Notes: a model not told the origin generated them from the sequence alone. Counted from the first letter of the stretch, positions 30,332 to 42,271 are shown. The stretch: DNA of 64,000 nt from an uncultured Spirochaetota bacterium (GCA_963827275.1 CAWHAA010000005.1:416001-480000); one strand, 5' to 3'. Numbers and translations are program-made.

Positions 30332-30631
30332 ATGAACATAGAAAGAAAAGACACCGAAGGGGAAGTAACCTTCATAGTAATGGACGAGCTTATTTCCCGG
30401 AACATACCGTTCCTCACGGACGAGCTCAACCACTTCATACGGACCGAGGACAAGGACGCCATCATCGACCTGTCCTACGTGCGCAAGATCGATTCCGTAT
30501 CCATCGCCTCCCTGATACGCATCAAGAACGCCCTCAACGAAAAGGGCAGGAACATGCACCTCACCAATCCCAATGAAACGGTACTCAGGGTCCTGGAGCT
30601 GGCCGGCCTCGAAAAATTCCTGATGGAATAA
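30332..30631 (+). CDS. STAS domain anti-anti-sigma factor (RsbV-like)
   Basis: IIDLSYVRKIDSVSIASL...VLRVLELAGL. Confidence 0.85.
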   Translation: MNIERKDTEGEVTFIVMDELISRNIPFLTDELNHFIRTEDKDAIIDLSYVRKIDSVSIASLIRIKNALNEKGRNMHLTNPNETVLRVLELAGLEKFLME

Positions 30632-30644
30632 CAGGGACAACGCC

Positions 30645-32300
<1,656 letters not shown>

Positions 32301-32400
32301 TAGTGCCGCTGACAGCAGCGGGATTATGACCCGGGGCTGGACAGGCGGATTGAAATTTACTATTCCATGGACAGGCAGTACGTCAATCAGGTCCCGAAAC

Positions 32401-33177
32401 ATGTATAAATATAAACTCATCATAGAATATGACGGCTCCGGCTTACACGGGTGGCAGGCGCAGAAGAACGCGAAAACCGTCCAGGGGACGCTCGCTGCCG
32501 CGGCGGAACGGCTCCTGGGCGCGCCCGCGGACATACAGGGAGCGGGCAGGACCGACGCCGGCGTGCACGCGCTGGGACAGGCGGCCCATCTGGAAACCTC
32601 GCAACAGATCGATCCCGGGGCCCTGCGCAACGGGCTCAATGACATCCTGCCGGAGAGCATAAACATTCTCTCGATAGAGAACGCGGCCCCGCGCTTCCAC
32701 GCCCGCCACCACGCGCTGGCCAGAAGCTATCTGTATCTTATTTCAAGAAGGCGCACCGCCTTCGGCAGGAAATACGCCTGGCGGGTACAAGACGCGCTCG
32801 ACTGCGACAGGATGCGGGAAACACTCGCCATTTTCAGAGGGTTTCACGATTTCGCTTCCTTCGCCGACAAGCGAATGGAAAAAGGAAATTCAACAACGGT
32901 CAGTGTCGAGGAAGTGTTGCTCGGGGAATTTGGCGACATCATCGCCATACGGGTCGTCGGCTCCCATTTTCTCTGGAAAATGGTGCGGCGCATAACGGGA
33001 GTGACCGTGGAGGCCGGCCGGGGCGCCATCTCATCACGCGATGTCGGGCAGATGCTTCTTTCTTTTTCCGAAGAGCCGAAAAAATACACCGCCCCTCCCC
33101 ACGGTCTTTATCTCGAGAAGGTATTGTACGAAGGCGACACGCTGCCGGAAATCAAGCCGCCGATTTCCCTCTCGTAG
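32401..33177 (+). CDS. truA: tRNA pseudouridine(38-40) synthase
   Basis: IEYDGS..GWQ, GAGRTDAGVHA, FHAR, GFHDFASF, FLWKMVRRI and TAPPHGLYL motifs. Confidence 0.93.
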   Translation: MYKYKLIIEYDGSGLHGWQAQKNAKTVQGTLAAAAERLLGAPADIQGAGRTDAGVHALGQAAHLETSQQIDPGALRNGLNDILPESINILSIENAAPRFHARHHALARSYLYLISRRRTAFGRKYAWRVQDALDCDRMRETLAIFRGFHDFASFADKRMEKGNSTTVSVEEVLLGEFGDIIAIRVVGSHFLWKMVRRITGVTVEAGRGAISSRDVGQMLLSFSEEPKKYTAPPHGLYLEKVLYEGDTLPEIKPPISLS

Positions 33178-33207
33178 CGGATACAGTTCACTCCAGGGGA
33201 CAGGCCC

Positions 33208-34287
33208 ATGTACAAACAGCTGGTAATCTATTATCTTACCGGGACGGGGAACGCGCTCAAAGCCGCGCGATGGCTCGAAGAGCTGGCCAGGGCGCGCGGG
33301 ATGGCGGCCGAGCTGGTCCCGATAGACCGCTTCAGGCGCCCCATCGCCCCGCCGCCGCCCGGGAACATTCTGGTCGGCTTCCTGTATCCCACCCACGGGT
33401 TCTGCCTCCCCTGGTATATGCTGAAATTCATGCTGGCCTTCCCGCGCGGGCGCGCCCGCCTGTTCTGCCTGAACACGTTCGCCGGCACCACGCTCGGCAG
33501 GGTCCCCCTCCCCGGCCTCTCCGGGATCGCGCTCATCCTCCCGGCGATCGTGCTCGCGCTGAAGGGATACCGGGTCCGCGGCCTCGTATCGCTCAACCTC
33601 CCGTCCAACTGGATATCCCTCCACCCGGGATTGACGGAACACGCGGTCTCGGTCCTCGTGGAGCACTGCAGGAAAAAAACGGAACGGTACGCGGCGGCGC
33701 TCTTCTCAGGCAGGAGGGCATACCACGGGCTCATTGCCCTTCCCTTCGACCTCGCGGTGTCACCCATAGCGATCGGCTATCTTTTCATAGGGCATTTCTG
33801 GCTGGCGAAAATGTACATGGCGAACTCGGACTGCGACGGCTGCGCGATCTGCTCGAACAACTGTCCCATGAACGCCCTCCTCATGAAAAACGGGCGTCCC
33901 TACTGGACGTTCCATTGCGAGAGCTGCATGCGCTGCATGAACATCTGTCCCAAAAGGGCGATCCAGGTCTCGTATGTATTCGCCGCGGTGAGCGCGTATC
34001 TATTGTACGGGCTCCTGCTCCCCGGCATTGTCATGCTGGCGCTCCGCTACAATGAAACCGCCGCATCCATTATCTCGTCGGAATCAACGGTAATCGGTGT
34101 TATCAGGGCATGGGTCATCCTGGGCATCATGTTCCTCTGCTACCGGCTTGTCGTGCGTCTCACGCGCTTCAGGCCTGTCGATCTTATTTTTGCCAGGGTC
34201 ACCCCCACGAGCCTCCGTTTCTGGCGCAGGTACCTGGCGCCGGGGATCGGGGTGAAGGACTTCAGGCAGTTGAATAAGCAAAAGTGA
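33208..34287 (+). CDS. EFR1-family flavodoxin-fold / 4Fe-4S ferredoxin protein with hydrophobic segments
   Basis: YYLTGTGNA, FLYPTHGF, CDGCAICSNNCP and CESCMRCMNICP motifs. Confidence 0.8.
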   Translation: MYKQLVIYYLTGTGNALKAARWLEELARARGMAAELVPIDRFRRPIAPPPPGNILVGFLYPTHGFCLPWYMLKFMLAFPRGRARLFCLNTFAGTTLGRVPLPGLSGIALILPAIVLALKGYRVRGLVSLNLPSNWISLHPGLTEHAVSVLVEHCRKKTERYAAALFSGRRAYHGLIALPFDLAVSPIAIGYLFIGHFWLAKMYMANSDCDGCAICSNNCPMNALLMKNGRPYWTFHCESCMRCMNICPKRAIQVSYVFAAVSAYLLYGLLLPGIVMLALRYNETAASIISSESTVIGVIRAWVILGIMFLCYRLVVRLTRFRPVDLIFARVTPTSLRFWRRYLAPGIGVKDFRQLNKQK

Positions 34288-34447
34288 AATGATATACGGC
34301 AATACCGCGTCCGAAAGGTGAAAAAACGCACAATGCGCAGAAGTTTACATGTTGGTAACAATTGAACAGCGTATCTTTTCTTAAAATACTTTACATATAT
34401 ATTGGGAGGACCAATCACTATTCGCAAATATTTGATATATTGACTGT

Positions 34448-35902
34448 ATGAAACATATATACATCCCCGCCGGCGGCAACGGCAAACCAAAAGACGAATG
34501 CGGAATATTCGGCATCTACGGCACCCCGAAGGCGGCGAACCTCGCCTACCTGGGCCTGTACGCGCTCCAGCACCGCGGGCCAGGAATCAGCCGGCATCGC
34601 CTCGTCCGACGGCCACCACATCTACCGCTACGCCGGCATGGGCAAGGTCGTGGACATCTTCAAGGAAGAGCACATCGACAACCTGCAGGGCCACATGGCA
34701 ATCGGCCACAACCGGTACTCCACCACCGGGTCGTCGTTCCTCAGGAACGCCCAGCCGTTCCGCTCCGAATCGATCCTGGGGCCCATCGTGCTGGCGCACA
34801 ACGGCAACCTGACCAACGCCGGCTCGCCCTCCGCTACGAACTCGAGAAAAAGGGACACATCTTCCAGACCACCATCGATTCCGAGGTGATCGTCCACCTG
34901 ATGGCCAAATCGGGGATCGAGGACTTCCTGGACGCGCTGGTATTCGCGCTCAAGCAGGTGAAGGGGCGCCTACTCGCTTCTGGTCATGAACCGGGAAAAG
35001 ATCTACGCGGTGCGCGATCCCTACGGCTTCCGGCCGCTGGTGATCGGGAAGGTCGGCGACACGCACCGTCGTCGCCTCGGAGACCTGCGCCTTCGACATC
35101 ATCGACGCGAAGTACGTCCGCGAGGTCGAGGCCGGCGAGCTGGTGGAGATTTCCGCGGCGGGCATCAAGTCATACCGCCCGTTCGAGAAGAAGGAGCAGT
35201 CGCTCTGCGTGTTCGAGTACATCTACTTTTCCCGGCCGGACAGCATCATCTTCAACAGGTCGGTGTACGACATGCGGATCAGGCTGGGCCGGCATGCTCG
35301 CGCGGCAGGCGCCGGTCGAGGCCGACATCGTGGTCCCCATACCGGACTCGTCGGTGTGCGCCGCCATCGGCTATTCCCGGGAGTCCGGCATCCCCTACGA
35401 GCTCGGGCTCATCCGCAGCCACTACATCGGCCGCACCTTCATCGAGCCGTCGCAGAAGATACGCGACTTCGGGGCAAAGATCAAGTACAACGTGGTGCGC
35501 GCCTCGGTGGCGGGAAAGCGGATCGTCGTGGTGGACGACTCCATCATGCGCGGCACCACCATGCGCAAGATCATCAAGATGTTCCGCACCGCCGGCGCCA
35601 CGGAGATCCACGTGCGCATATCGGCGCCCCCCACGAAATTCCCCTGCTTCTACGGCATCGACATCCCCACCCGCAAGGAGCTCATCGCCTCAACGCACTC
35701 GATCGAGGAGATACGCAAATACCTCCGCGTGGATTCGATCGAGTACATGAGCGTGGAAACAATGCTCCAGGCCCTGGACGAGCCGGACATGCATTTCTGC
35801 ACCGCCTGCTTCGACGGCACGTACCCCTGCGAGCTTGACGAGACGTGCGAGGACAACCAGAAATACCTGTTCGAAGATTCAGGAAATAATGAATATTATT
35901 AA
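34448..35902 (+). CDS. purF: Amidophosphoribosyltransferase, with five apparent indels (near 34570, 34822, 34965, 35067, 35293)
   Basis: ECGIFG, LQHRG/QESAGI, IGHNRYSTTG, LAHNGNLTN, VRDPYGFRPL, CVFEYIYFSRPDS, VVVDDSIMRGTT and CFYGIDIP, spread over three frames. Confidence 0.9.
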   Translation: MKHIYIPAGGNGKPKDECGIFGIYGTPKAANLAYLGLYALQHRGPGISRHRLVRRPPHLPLRRHGQGRGHLQGRAHRQPAGPHGNRPQPVLHHRVVVPQERPAVPLRIDPGAHRAGAQRQPDQRRLALRYELEKKGHIFQTTIDSEVIVHLMAKSGIEDFLDALVFALKQVKGRLLASGHEPGKDLRGARSLRLPAAGDREGRRHAPSSPRRPAPSTSSTRSTSARSRPASWWRFPRRASSHTARSRRRSSRSACSSTSTFPGRTASSSTGRCTTCGSGWAGMLARQAPVEADIVVPIPDSSVCAAIGYSRESGIPYELGLIRSHYIGRTFIEPSQKIRDFGAKIKYNVVRASVAGKRIVVVDDSIMRGTTMRKIIKMFRTAGATEIHVRISAPPTKFPCFYGIDIPTRKELIASTHSIEEIRKYLRVDSIEYMSVETMLQALDEPDMHFCTACFDGTYPCELDETCEDNQKYLFEDSGNNEYY

Positions 35903-35956
35903 GCCGGACCGATCTCCGGCAGGCTGAAAAATAACAGAGCAAAAAACGATTTTTTC

Positions 35957-35985
35957 TTGATAATAGATATAACTTCTGTTATATT
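35957..35985 (+). promoter_or_regulatory. Sigma70-type promoter overlapped by a palindrome
   Basis: TTGATA-N17-TATATT with a TG extension; ATATAAC-TTCT-GTTATAT overlaps the -10. Confidence 0.55.
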
Positions 35986-36121
35986 ATACAGAGGCCCGCT
36001 CCTGCATGCGGTCATCGCATGAAAGAGCGGGCCATTTCGGACAACAGGTCTTCCATCCCGTGTGCGTATGCCGTCCATGAAGCTCTTTGCCGGACGGCAA
36101 AATAAAAATCTGGAGGTTTGT

Positions 36122-36292
36122 ATGCAAACAAACGCGCCGAAATTCGTTACGTGGGTCGTGGGGGTAGTTATCGGTTGTCTGGGCATCCTGGGAACGCTGG
36201 TTGTGATACCCTTCATATCAACGTATCCATTCTGGATCCTGGCAGTCGGGTTCGCGATTCTCGCCCTTGGAAGCGTGATCAAGGGCATGTAA
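36122..36292 (+). CDS. Small two-TM membrane protein (56 aa)
   Basis: GGAGG RBS; MQTNAPKFVTWVVGVVIGCLGILG...; followed by a terminator. Confidence 0.7.
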   Translation: MQTNAPKFVTWVVGVVIGCLGILGTLVVIPFISTYPFWILAVGFAILALGSVIKGM

Positions 36293-36300
36293 GGCCGCAT

Positions 36301-36341
36301 AAAAAAAGCGGTCTGGCCTCTCCGGGCCAGATCGCTTTTTT
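36301..36341. terminator. Bidirectional intrinsic terminator
   Basis: A7-GCGGTCTGGCC...GGCCAGATCGC-T6 between convergent genes. Confidence 0.8.
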
Positions 36342-36370
36342 ATTCTCTGCTATAAAATTTTCCGCCTCTT

Positions 36371-38827
36371 TCAATTGCCCCCGCGCACCGGCCAGACATA
36401 CCGCTCTGAACCTGTTGTGCCGGTTTTTTCCCATGTTCCTGTCTCGGTGCCATACGGGACGTTCATTAAATACGCTCTTGAAGCACTGGTCATGGCAGTG
36501 GTTGATGACCAGTGACACTGTGTCACATAATTTGCAAATCCCGTGCTGAACTGCTGCCCGAATGTCTTTTCGTACTGCTGAAGGCTCGACAATTCAAGGA
36601 TATTGGGCAGACGCCAGTCGTTATATCCCGCATAGTTATCCGTATTGAGCTGGTCAACAAAAGCAAGGGCATTCTCCCAGTATACCCCGCCGTTTCCGGC
36701 CGTTTGATCCGCATCAAAAGTGGGATAACTGGTCAGCATCAGGTTCAGGTCGGTCGTCCACATGAGTCCGGTAAGGTTATCGGTCGTGGTGCCGTCGCCG
36801 TTAATGGTGAACCTCGGGTCAGGTCTGGCGATCCCCGCCTGGTATTCTCCATCCTGTCCCGTACCCGGGCAGGCGACCACGGCGCCGGCGGTATCATAAC
36901 ACGTTGCCTGGCCTGTCTTCGGGAGTATCGTCGTGGTGCCTGCGACTGCCCACACATTGAATATAGTAGACTTGGGCGTAGCGTACTTTTCCCCTGAGGA
37001 AAAATCGACAGGCCATGCCTGTGCATGATTGGAGGCATTATCGTATGCCGTGTATGTGGTGGATGACCAGTAATACGTGCCGACATTGGCGAACCCGTTA
37101 GAGGTGAGCCATGCAGCCGTACTCGTGGCCCCGTAATTCATCAGGCTCTTCAGCTCAATAATGTTCGGGATCCGCCAGTCCGTCTGTCCGGCGTAGGTTT
37201 CAGCCCTGAGCTGGGCCGCAAAATCAAGGGCGGATTGCCAGTCTGTCCGTCCATCAACCGTGCCGTCGGTATCAAGATATGAATAGGTTGGGCTGTTCAT
37301 TAATTTCGCGTCAGTGGTCCAGATGAGGCCGGTAAGGTTGTCCGTGATAGTGCCGTTGAAATTATCGGTGAACCTCATGGTCGGCCATGTGGCTCCGTAC
37401 TGGTATTCGCCGTCCTGGCCGGTGCCCGAGCAGGCAACGGCGGCGCCGGCCGCGTCGTAGCAGTTGGTCTGCCCGGTCCGGGGCACCTGCACCGGATACG
37501 CGGGCAGCTGGTAATTGATTGTCAGGGTCGATGCGGGGCTGACCACGCTTATGTTTCCGGCGGCGTCCTTGAGCCACAGGTAGAGAACATGCGCGCCCGG
37601 GATCGCCTTCAGAAGGCAGGTTGCCGGCGCGGCAGCGAGCCATCCGGGATCCGCCGCGGCAGGCGAAGTCGGCGATTCGGTTATCATGTAGCCGGTGACC
37701 GCCGTGTTGTCCCAGACGGTCATGGTTACCGGGATCTGCTGGCTGGTGGTCGGGTCCACAGAGCTGGTGGAAAACGACACGACCGTCGGCGCCACAGTGT
37801 CGAGGTAAACGACCGAAAAATGCGTGCCGGTGGCCGCCGCGCTCACGTTGCCGGCGGCGTCTTTCACCCAGAGGTACACCTCGTAGGTGCCGCAGCCGCC
37901 CGACAGGCTGTATGCTGTCGGCTCTGAAGCCAGCCATCCCGCGTCTCCCGCTCCGGGCTGCACGCCCGTCTCGTTGATCATCCAGCCCGTGATACCCACA
38001 TCGTCGGACGCGCTGATGCTCACGCTTATGCCGTCCGTACCCGTTGCCGTCGGTCCGGTGAAGGAAGCGACCACCGGCGCCGTCATGTCATTGTACACGA
38101 TCTGGAAATGCGAGGGCGTCATCATAGCGCTCACGTTGCCGGCGGCGTCCATCGCCCAGGCGTAGAGTTCATACGTGCCGTATCCCCCCGTCAGCGTGTA
38201 GGCCGACGGCTGGGCAGTCTGCCACCCGAGGTCGGTCGGCAGGGGGGACGTTGCCGTCTCGGTGATCATCCACCCCGTGACCCCGATATTGTCCGATGTC
38301 GTCATGTCAACCGATATCACCGGATCGACCGTCGGGTTCGTGGTCGGCGACATGTATGAAAAATATGATACCACGGGCGGCTCGCCGTCGCCCGGGCCGG
38401 AGTAATCGACCGTGAAATGCGAATCCGCGCTCAGGGCGCTGACGTTGCCGGCGGCGTCCCTCGCCCAGACATAGAGCTCATGCGTGCCGAATCCGGAAGT
38501 GATGGTATAGGTTGCCGGCTGGGTCGCCAGCCATCCCGAATCGGTAGGCAGCGGCGCCGCGGCGATTTCGTTGATCATCCACCCGGTGATCCCGACATCA
38601 TCGGTTGCCGTCAGGTCTATATTTATTAATGCATCCGTTGTCGGATTAATGGGTGTCGAAAAAAGCGTGATGACCGGCGCCTGGGTATCAGCCGGGGCAG
38701 CCGGACCGCTGTCGATGCCAAAAAATGACATCATGGATTCATTGGAAGAATTATCCTCGAGGTCGTTTCGTTCGCAGGACAGCAGAAAAAATGCTGCAAA
38801 AAAAACCACAAAAAAATATCTCTTCAT
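36371..38827 (-). CDS. Surface lipoprotein with four ~100-aa beta-rich repeats and two DUF1566 (Lcl C-terminal-like) domains
   Basis: Lipobox LLSC; 4x (TG[WY]MI.E...GW...LY.W..DAAGN[VI]S); 2x (P[RK]TGQ..CYD..G...GTGQDGEYQ...TDNLTGL.W...DWR.PNI.EL...WSSTT). Confidence 0.8.
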   Translation of the reverse strand: MKRYFFVVFFAAFFLLSCERNDLEDNSSNESMMSFFGIDSGPAAPADTQAPVITLFSTPINPTTDALINIDLTATDDVGITGWMINEIAAAPLPTDSGWLATQPATYTITSGFGTHELYVWARDAAGNVSALSADSHFTVDYSGPGDGEPPVVSYFSYMSPTTNPTVDPVISVDMTTSDNIGVTGWMITETATSPLPTDLGWQTAQPSAYTLTGGYGTYELYAWAMDAAGNVSAMMTPSHFQIVYNDMTAPVVASFTGPTATGTDGISVSISASDDVGITGWMINETGVQPGAGDAGWLASEPTAYSLSGGCGTYEVYLWVKDAAGNVSAAATGTHFSVVYLDTVAPTVVSFSTSSVDPTTSQQIPVTMTVWDNTAVTGYMITESPTSPAAADPGWLAAAPATCLLKAIPGAHVLYLWLKDAAGNISVVSPASTLTINYQLPAYPVQVPRTGQTNCYDAAGAAVACSGTGQDGEYQYGATWPTMRFTDNFNGTITDNLTGLIWTTDAKLMNSPTYSYLDTDGTVDGRTDWQSALDFAAQLRAETYAGQTDWRIPNIIELKSLMNYGATSTAAWLTSNGFANVGTYYWSSTTYTAYDNASNHAQAWPVDFSSGEKYATPKSTIFNVWAVAGTTTILPKTGQATCYDTAGAVVACPGTGQDGEYQAGIARPDPRFTINGDGTTTDNLTGLMWTTDLNLMLTSYPTFDADQTAGNGGVYWENALAFVDQLNTDNYAGYNDWRLPNILELSSLQQYEKTFGQQFSTGFANYVTQCHWSSTTAMTSASRAYLMNVPYGTETGTWEKTGTTGSERYVWPVRGGN

Positions 38828-39134
38828 TTTTATTACTCCATGCCCATAACTGTATACAATATACGATAGATGAGTCATAACGTCAAATTCAATATAATAA
38901 TTTAATTTAAGATATTAATTAAAATATAAGTTTTATATTTATTTGATTACTTTTTAAATCGAAAACAACGACATATTGTGATTAAAATTTGATCCTTATA
39001 TGAATTAGTCGGAACAACGACCAACCACAATAAGCAAAATGAGAGAATTCACAAAAACAGTTCCAACGGACCATAGTATGCCGTATCCCGTAAATTCCGG
39101 TAAACAAGAATTCCTCATTGACACACGCCGCCAG

Positions 39135-39162
39135 ATTAGTTAATGATCGTTCATTAACTAAT
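39135..39162. promoter_or_regulatory. Perfect palindromic operator-like site just downstream of a TTGACA -35
   Basis: ATTAGTTAATGA-TCGT-TCATTAACTAAT with 12-bp arms; TTGACA at 39118-39123. Confidence 0.6.
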
Positions 39163-39169
39163 ATCATCC

Positions 39170-39436
39170 CGCCCACTGGTGAAGCTTGCCGACTGGTTCT
39201 GTACCGAGATCGGCAACACCTTCATCATCAAAAAATACCAGCTCGATTTTCTTTTAGCGAACTACCGGGACACGACCCCGGTGCTGTTCAACATGTACGA
39301 CGGCCTGCTGTACAAGAACGGCAGGGGCGCTCTGTTCATCTGCAATTACGCCCTCTTCTCCCCTGCCCGTCCCGCCGGTCACATGCCGTCCGCGTTCCGG
39401 ACAAGCTGTATATTGAAGCGTATGATGTCAGCGTAG
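39170..39436 (+). pseudogene. Short coding-like gene fragment
   Basis: Host-like GC3-rich codons (LVKLADWFCTEIGNTFIIKKYQLDF...), no RBS, begins abruptly after the palindrome and runs into the end of the M20 gene. Confidence 0.35.
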
Positions 39437-40847
39437 TTTTCGACCGCGATGCGCTCGTTGGTGCCGTGCACGCGGTCAAGGTCTTCCTGCGCGTAGCGCA
39501 GCGGGCAGAACCTGAATATGCTGTCGCTGATCGGTATGTAGAAGCGCGAATCCGTGGCCGCCACAAACAGGAACGGGCGTGACGATGACGCCGGGGAACA
39601 CCTCCCTGATCGTTTTGCTGCAGCATGCCGTACGCCGGCAGCCCCGTGTCGGTCACCGGGGACGGGTCCCGCCCGTCGGGCAGGGGGGCAATCGTCACCC
39701 GCGCATCATCCACCGTCACCCGCGCCCGGTCTGCCACGCCGCGCATGGTATCGCCCGGAAAGATGCGGAAGTTCACCACCGCGGTCGCCCGCTGCGGGAG
39801 CACGTTGTCCCGCGTGCTCCCCCGGAGCATGGTCGGGGCGATGGTAGTGCGGAGCGCGGCGGACATCGACGGGGACGCGCCCAGCTGCGTGCTGACAACG
39901 GCCCCCAGCAGCCAGAGGTTCGAGAGGGCCAGCCGGTTCCCGAGCCCCATGTGCGGGCCGACCGTCTCGAGCATCTGGCGGGTCACGCCCCGGACCCGCA
40001 GCGGGTACTGGCGATTCTCAAGACGGCTCACCGCGGCGCAGAGTATGCCGACAGCGGTCTCCTCGGGCGGCATGGACGAATGGCCCCCGGCGCCCGCGAC
40101 AGAAAGCTCCAGGGAGAGGTAGCCCTTCTCGGCCGTGCCCACCAGCGCGACCGGCTCCTTCACGCCGGCGACCATGCCGCTGGAGATGAAGCCGCCCTCG
40201 TCCACGACCATCCCGAACCGGACGCCGCGCGATGCGAGCATTGCCGCGATTTTCCCGTTCCCATCGACACCGCGGACCTCCTCCGTGTGCCCCACCGCGA
40301 GGCAGACAGTGCGCCGCGGCCGGAAGCCCCGGGCGAGCAGGTACTCAAACGCCTCGAGCGTGCCCATCAGGCTTGACTTGATGTCCTGCGTGCCCCTGCC
40401 CCAGACATACCCGCCCGCGAGGGCGCCGGAAAAGGGCGGATGCGTCCAGTCCCTGACCGTGCCGGGCTCAACAGGCACCACGTCGCTGTGCGCCATCAAT
40501 AAAACGGGCTTCAACGTCGGGTCGCTCCCCTTCCAGGTGTAGAGGAGGCTGTAGCCGTTAACGGTCTCGCGTTTCAGGCGGGCCCGCACCAGGGGAAAGG
40601 CGCGGTCGAGGTAGGCGTTGAACTCCGCAAACGGCCTCCTGTCGAAGCGCCCCGGGTCCATGCTCGATACTGTCTGATAGCGGACCGCTTCCGCCAGCCG
40701 CTCCAGCGCCCCGCGCATGTTGATGTCCGCTTTCGCAGCGGGAGTTACCGCAAGCTGTTTCGAGGTGAAACGCGCCGTTCGGACGAGCACGATCCCCGCG
40801 AGCAAAATAACGATGGCGGCAATACCGATACTGATTTTTTTCATCAT
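39379..40847 (-). CDS. M20 family peptidase / N-acyl amino acid hydrolase (PM20D1-like), with two indels near 39618 and 39575
   Basis: LMAHSDVVP, WGRGTQDIK, TEEVRG, VDEGG and GGHSSMPP motifs; the true C-terminus ATDSRFY...VHGTNERI lies in ORF 39379-39564. Confidence 0.88.
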
Positions 40848-41097
40848 GGCTCCCCCCTGTCAATGAAGGCTACGTGTGGCATCTGCCATGAATGTATACA
40901 GGGTCCCGGGGCATGTCAATTGTATTAATTCCATGCTCCACACGCATGACCATCACGCCTGCTGCGATCGACCGTTGCTTGTTTTCCTGTCTGGAAACCA
41001 TCAGGAAGGGGGCTTTCCCGGCAAAAAGAGTTTTTATATGCTGAAATAAAAATACTTGACGAATATCCCGCATGCATCTTTCATACAAATACCTTAT

Positions 41098-41170
41098 AGG
41101 TGACTAGCTCAATTGGTAGAGCAGCGGTCTCCAAAACCGCAGGTTGGGGGTTCGATTCCCTCGTCACCTG
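41098..41170 (+). tRNA. tRNA-Trp(CCA)
   Basis: Acceptor AGGTGAC/GTCACCT, anticodon arm GCGGT-CTCCAAA-ACCGC, T-loop TTCGATT; CCA not encoded. Confidence 0.95.
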
Positions 41171-41183
41171 CATGCTAGTACGC

Positions 41184-41216
41184 AAAAAGGCGGGGTTGAA
41201 CGACCCCGCCTTTTTT
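41184..41216. terminator. Bidirectional terminator after tRNA-Trp
   Basis: AAAAAGGCGGGGT-TGAACG-ACCCCGCCTTTTTT. Confidence 0.85.
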
Positions 41217-41249
41217 ATTTGTATACTGAAGCATTAAAATATGGCATAT

Positions 41250-41666
41250 TTATTTTTTCTTGAATGGATTAACAACTCTCAGTTTCTTGTCAATAACCTG
41301 TCCGTCACTCATATCCTCTGAATAGAGAAGTGTGCATTTGTTTTCCAATGCACTGCTGATAATCATGCTGTCATAATATGAAAATCCATATTGATCGACG
41401 ATATTCAATGCTGATTGTATTGTCTTAGGAGTAATATTCTTTACAACGCAAATCCTGGAAAGGAATTCTACGGCAATCTTTATATCACTGACCTTAAGAT
41501 TCAGTTTTCTATATAAGACATTCGATATCTCATTGAGGACCTGAGTGGAAATAACGGGATTCTTCTTCAGCAATTCATTTGCGATTACTTTCTTATAATC
41601 CTCAGCACCAAAGGAATAAATAATCACATTGGAATCGAGAAATATCTTATCTCTGGTTGGCTTCAT
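41250..41666 (-). CDS. PIN domain (VapC-like) toxin
   Basis: IFLDSNVIIY, ISTQVLNE, SYYDSMII and LYSEDM acidic motifs. Confidence 0.9.
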   Translation of the reverse strand: MKPTRDKIFLDSNVIIYSFGAEDYKKVIANELLKKNPVISTQVLNEISNVLYRKLNLKVSDIKIAVEFLSRICVVKNITPKTIQSALNIVDQYGFSYYDSMIISSALENKCTLLYSEDMSDGQVIDKKLRVVNPFKKK

Positions 41667-41880
41667 CTCTGTTGAATGTGAATCCGCTTAAATCAAACCG
41701 AAAATTATTGAAAAAGGCGTCGATTTCATTTTCTCTAATATTCTTCCTTGCTTTGGCTTTTGCCGCTATTTCTTTATAATGCAAGGTTACTTCAACAGGA
41801 TTGGTTATCTTCTGCTGATATTTCTTAGGAATGACTATAATGCCATTCCTTGTTTTTGTTGAAAATTTTATTGATTTCAT
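41647..41880 (-). CDS. Putative antitoxin of the PIN toxin
   Basis: 77 aa, overlaps the toxin start; NGIIVIP N-terminus and FTFNRDEANQR C-terminus. Confidence 0.7.
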   Translation of the reverse strand: MKSIKFSTKTRNGIIVIPKKYQQKITNPVEVTLHYKEIAAKAKARKNIRENEIDAFFNNFRFDLSGFTFNRDEANQR

Positions 41881-42008
41881 ATTCCCGAATAATTCAAAGT
41901 TCAATTCAATTTATATGTCTATATTTACATTTTTATTGAAAATTGTACAACAAATTTTTCCAATATATTGATATATTATTATGATTTTATCAGCCTTATG
42001 ATTGGTTT

Positions 42009-42266
42009 ATGAATGAAAAATCAATTATTCCTGCCCTTTTCCACCTCCCAGATCATGAAATCGAGTATAATCTCATCAATAACCGGGTTCGAAAATCGTC
42101 CCTGATTGCCTGCAGAACGGGACTTACACTTTTCAGGCAGATGGTTGACCTGGGCCATGACTTTTGGATCGAGCAGGAAGGAAAAGGGCTTGATCCAGTC
42201 GATTCTTACACCGAATATACCATCACAATAAATATCCGAAGTTATTATTTTAAGCCTTACAATTAG
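42009..42266 (+). CDS. Hypothetical protein or gene remnant
   Basis: 85-aa ORF filling the gap between convergent units; no motif and no clear RBS. Confidence 0.25.
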   Translation: MNEKSIIPALFHLPDHEIEYNLINNRVRKSSLIACRTGLTLFRQMVDLGHDFWIEQEGKGLDPVDSYTEYTITINIRSYYFKPYN

Positions 42267-42271
42267 GGAAA

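Noticed and set aside
34448..35902. Programmed frameshifting or phase variation in purF and other genes
   Set aside because: No slippery heptamers or long simple repeats at the shift points; too many shifts in unrelated genes.
36371..39120. Complete diversity-generating retroelement around the DUF1566 gene
   Set aside because: No reverse transcriptase and no near-identical template repeat seen; the two DUF1566 domains differ at all base types.
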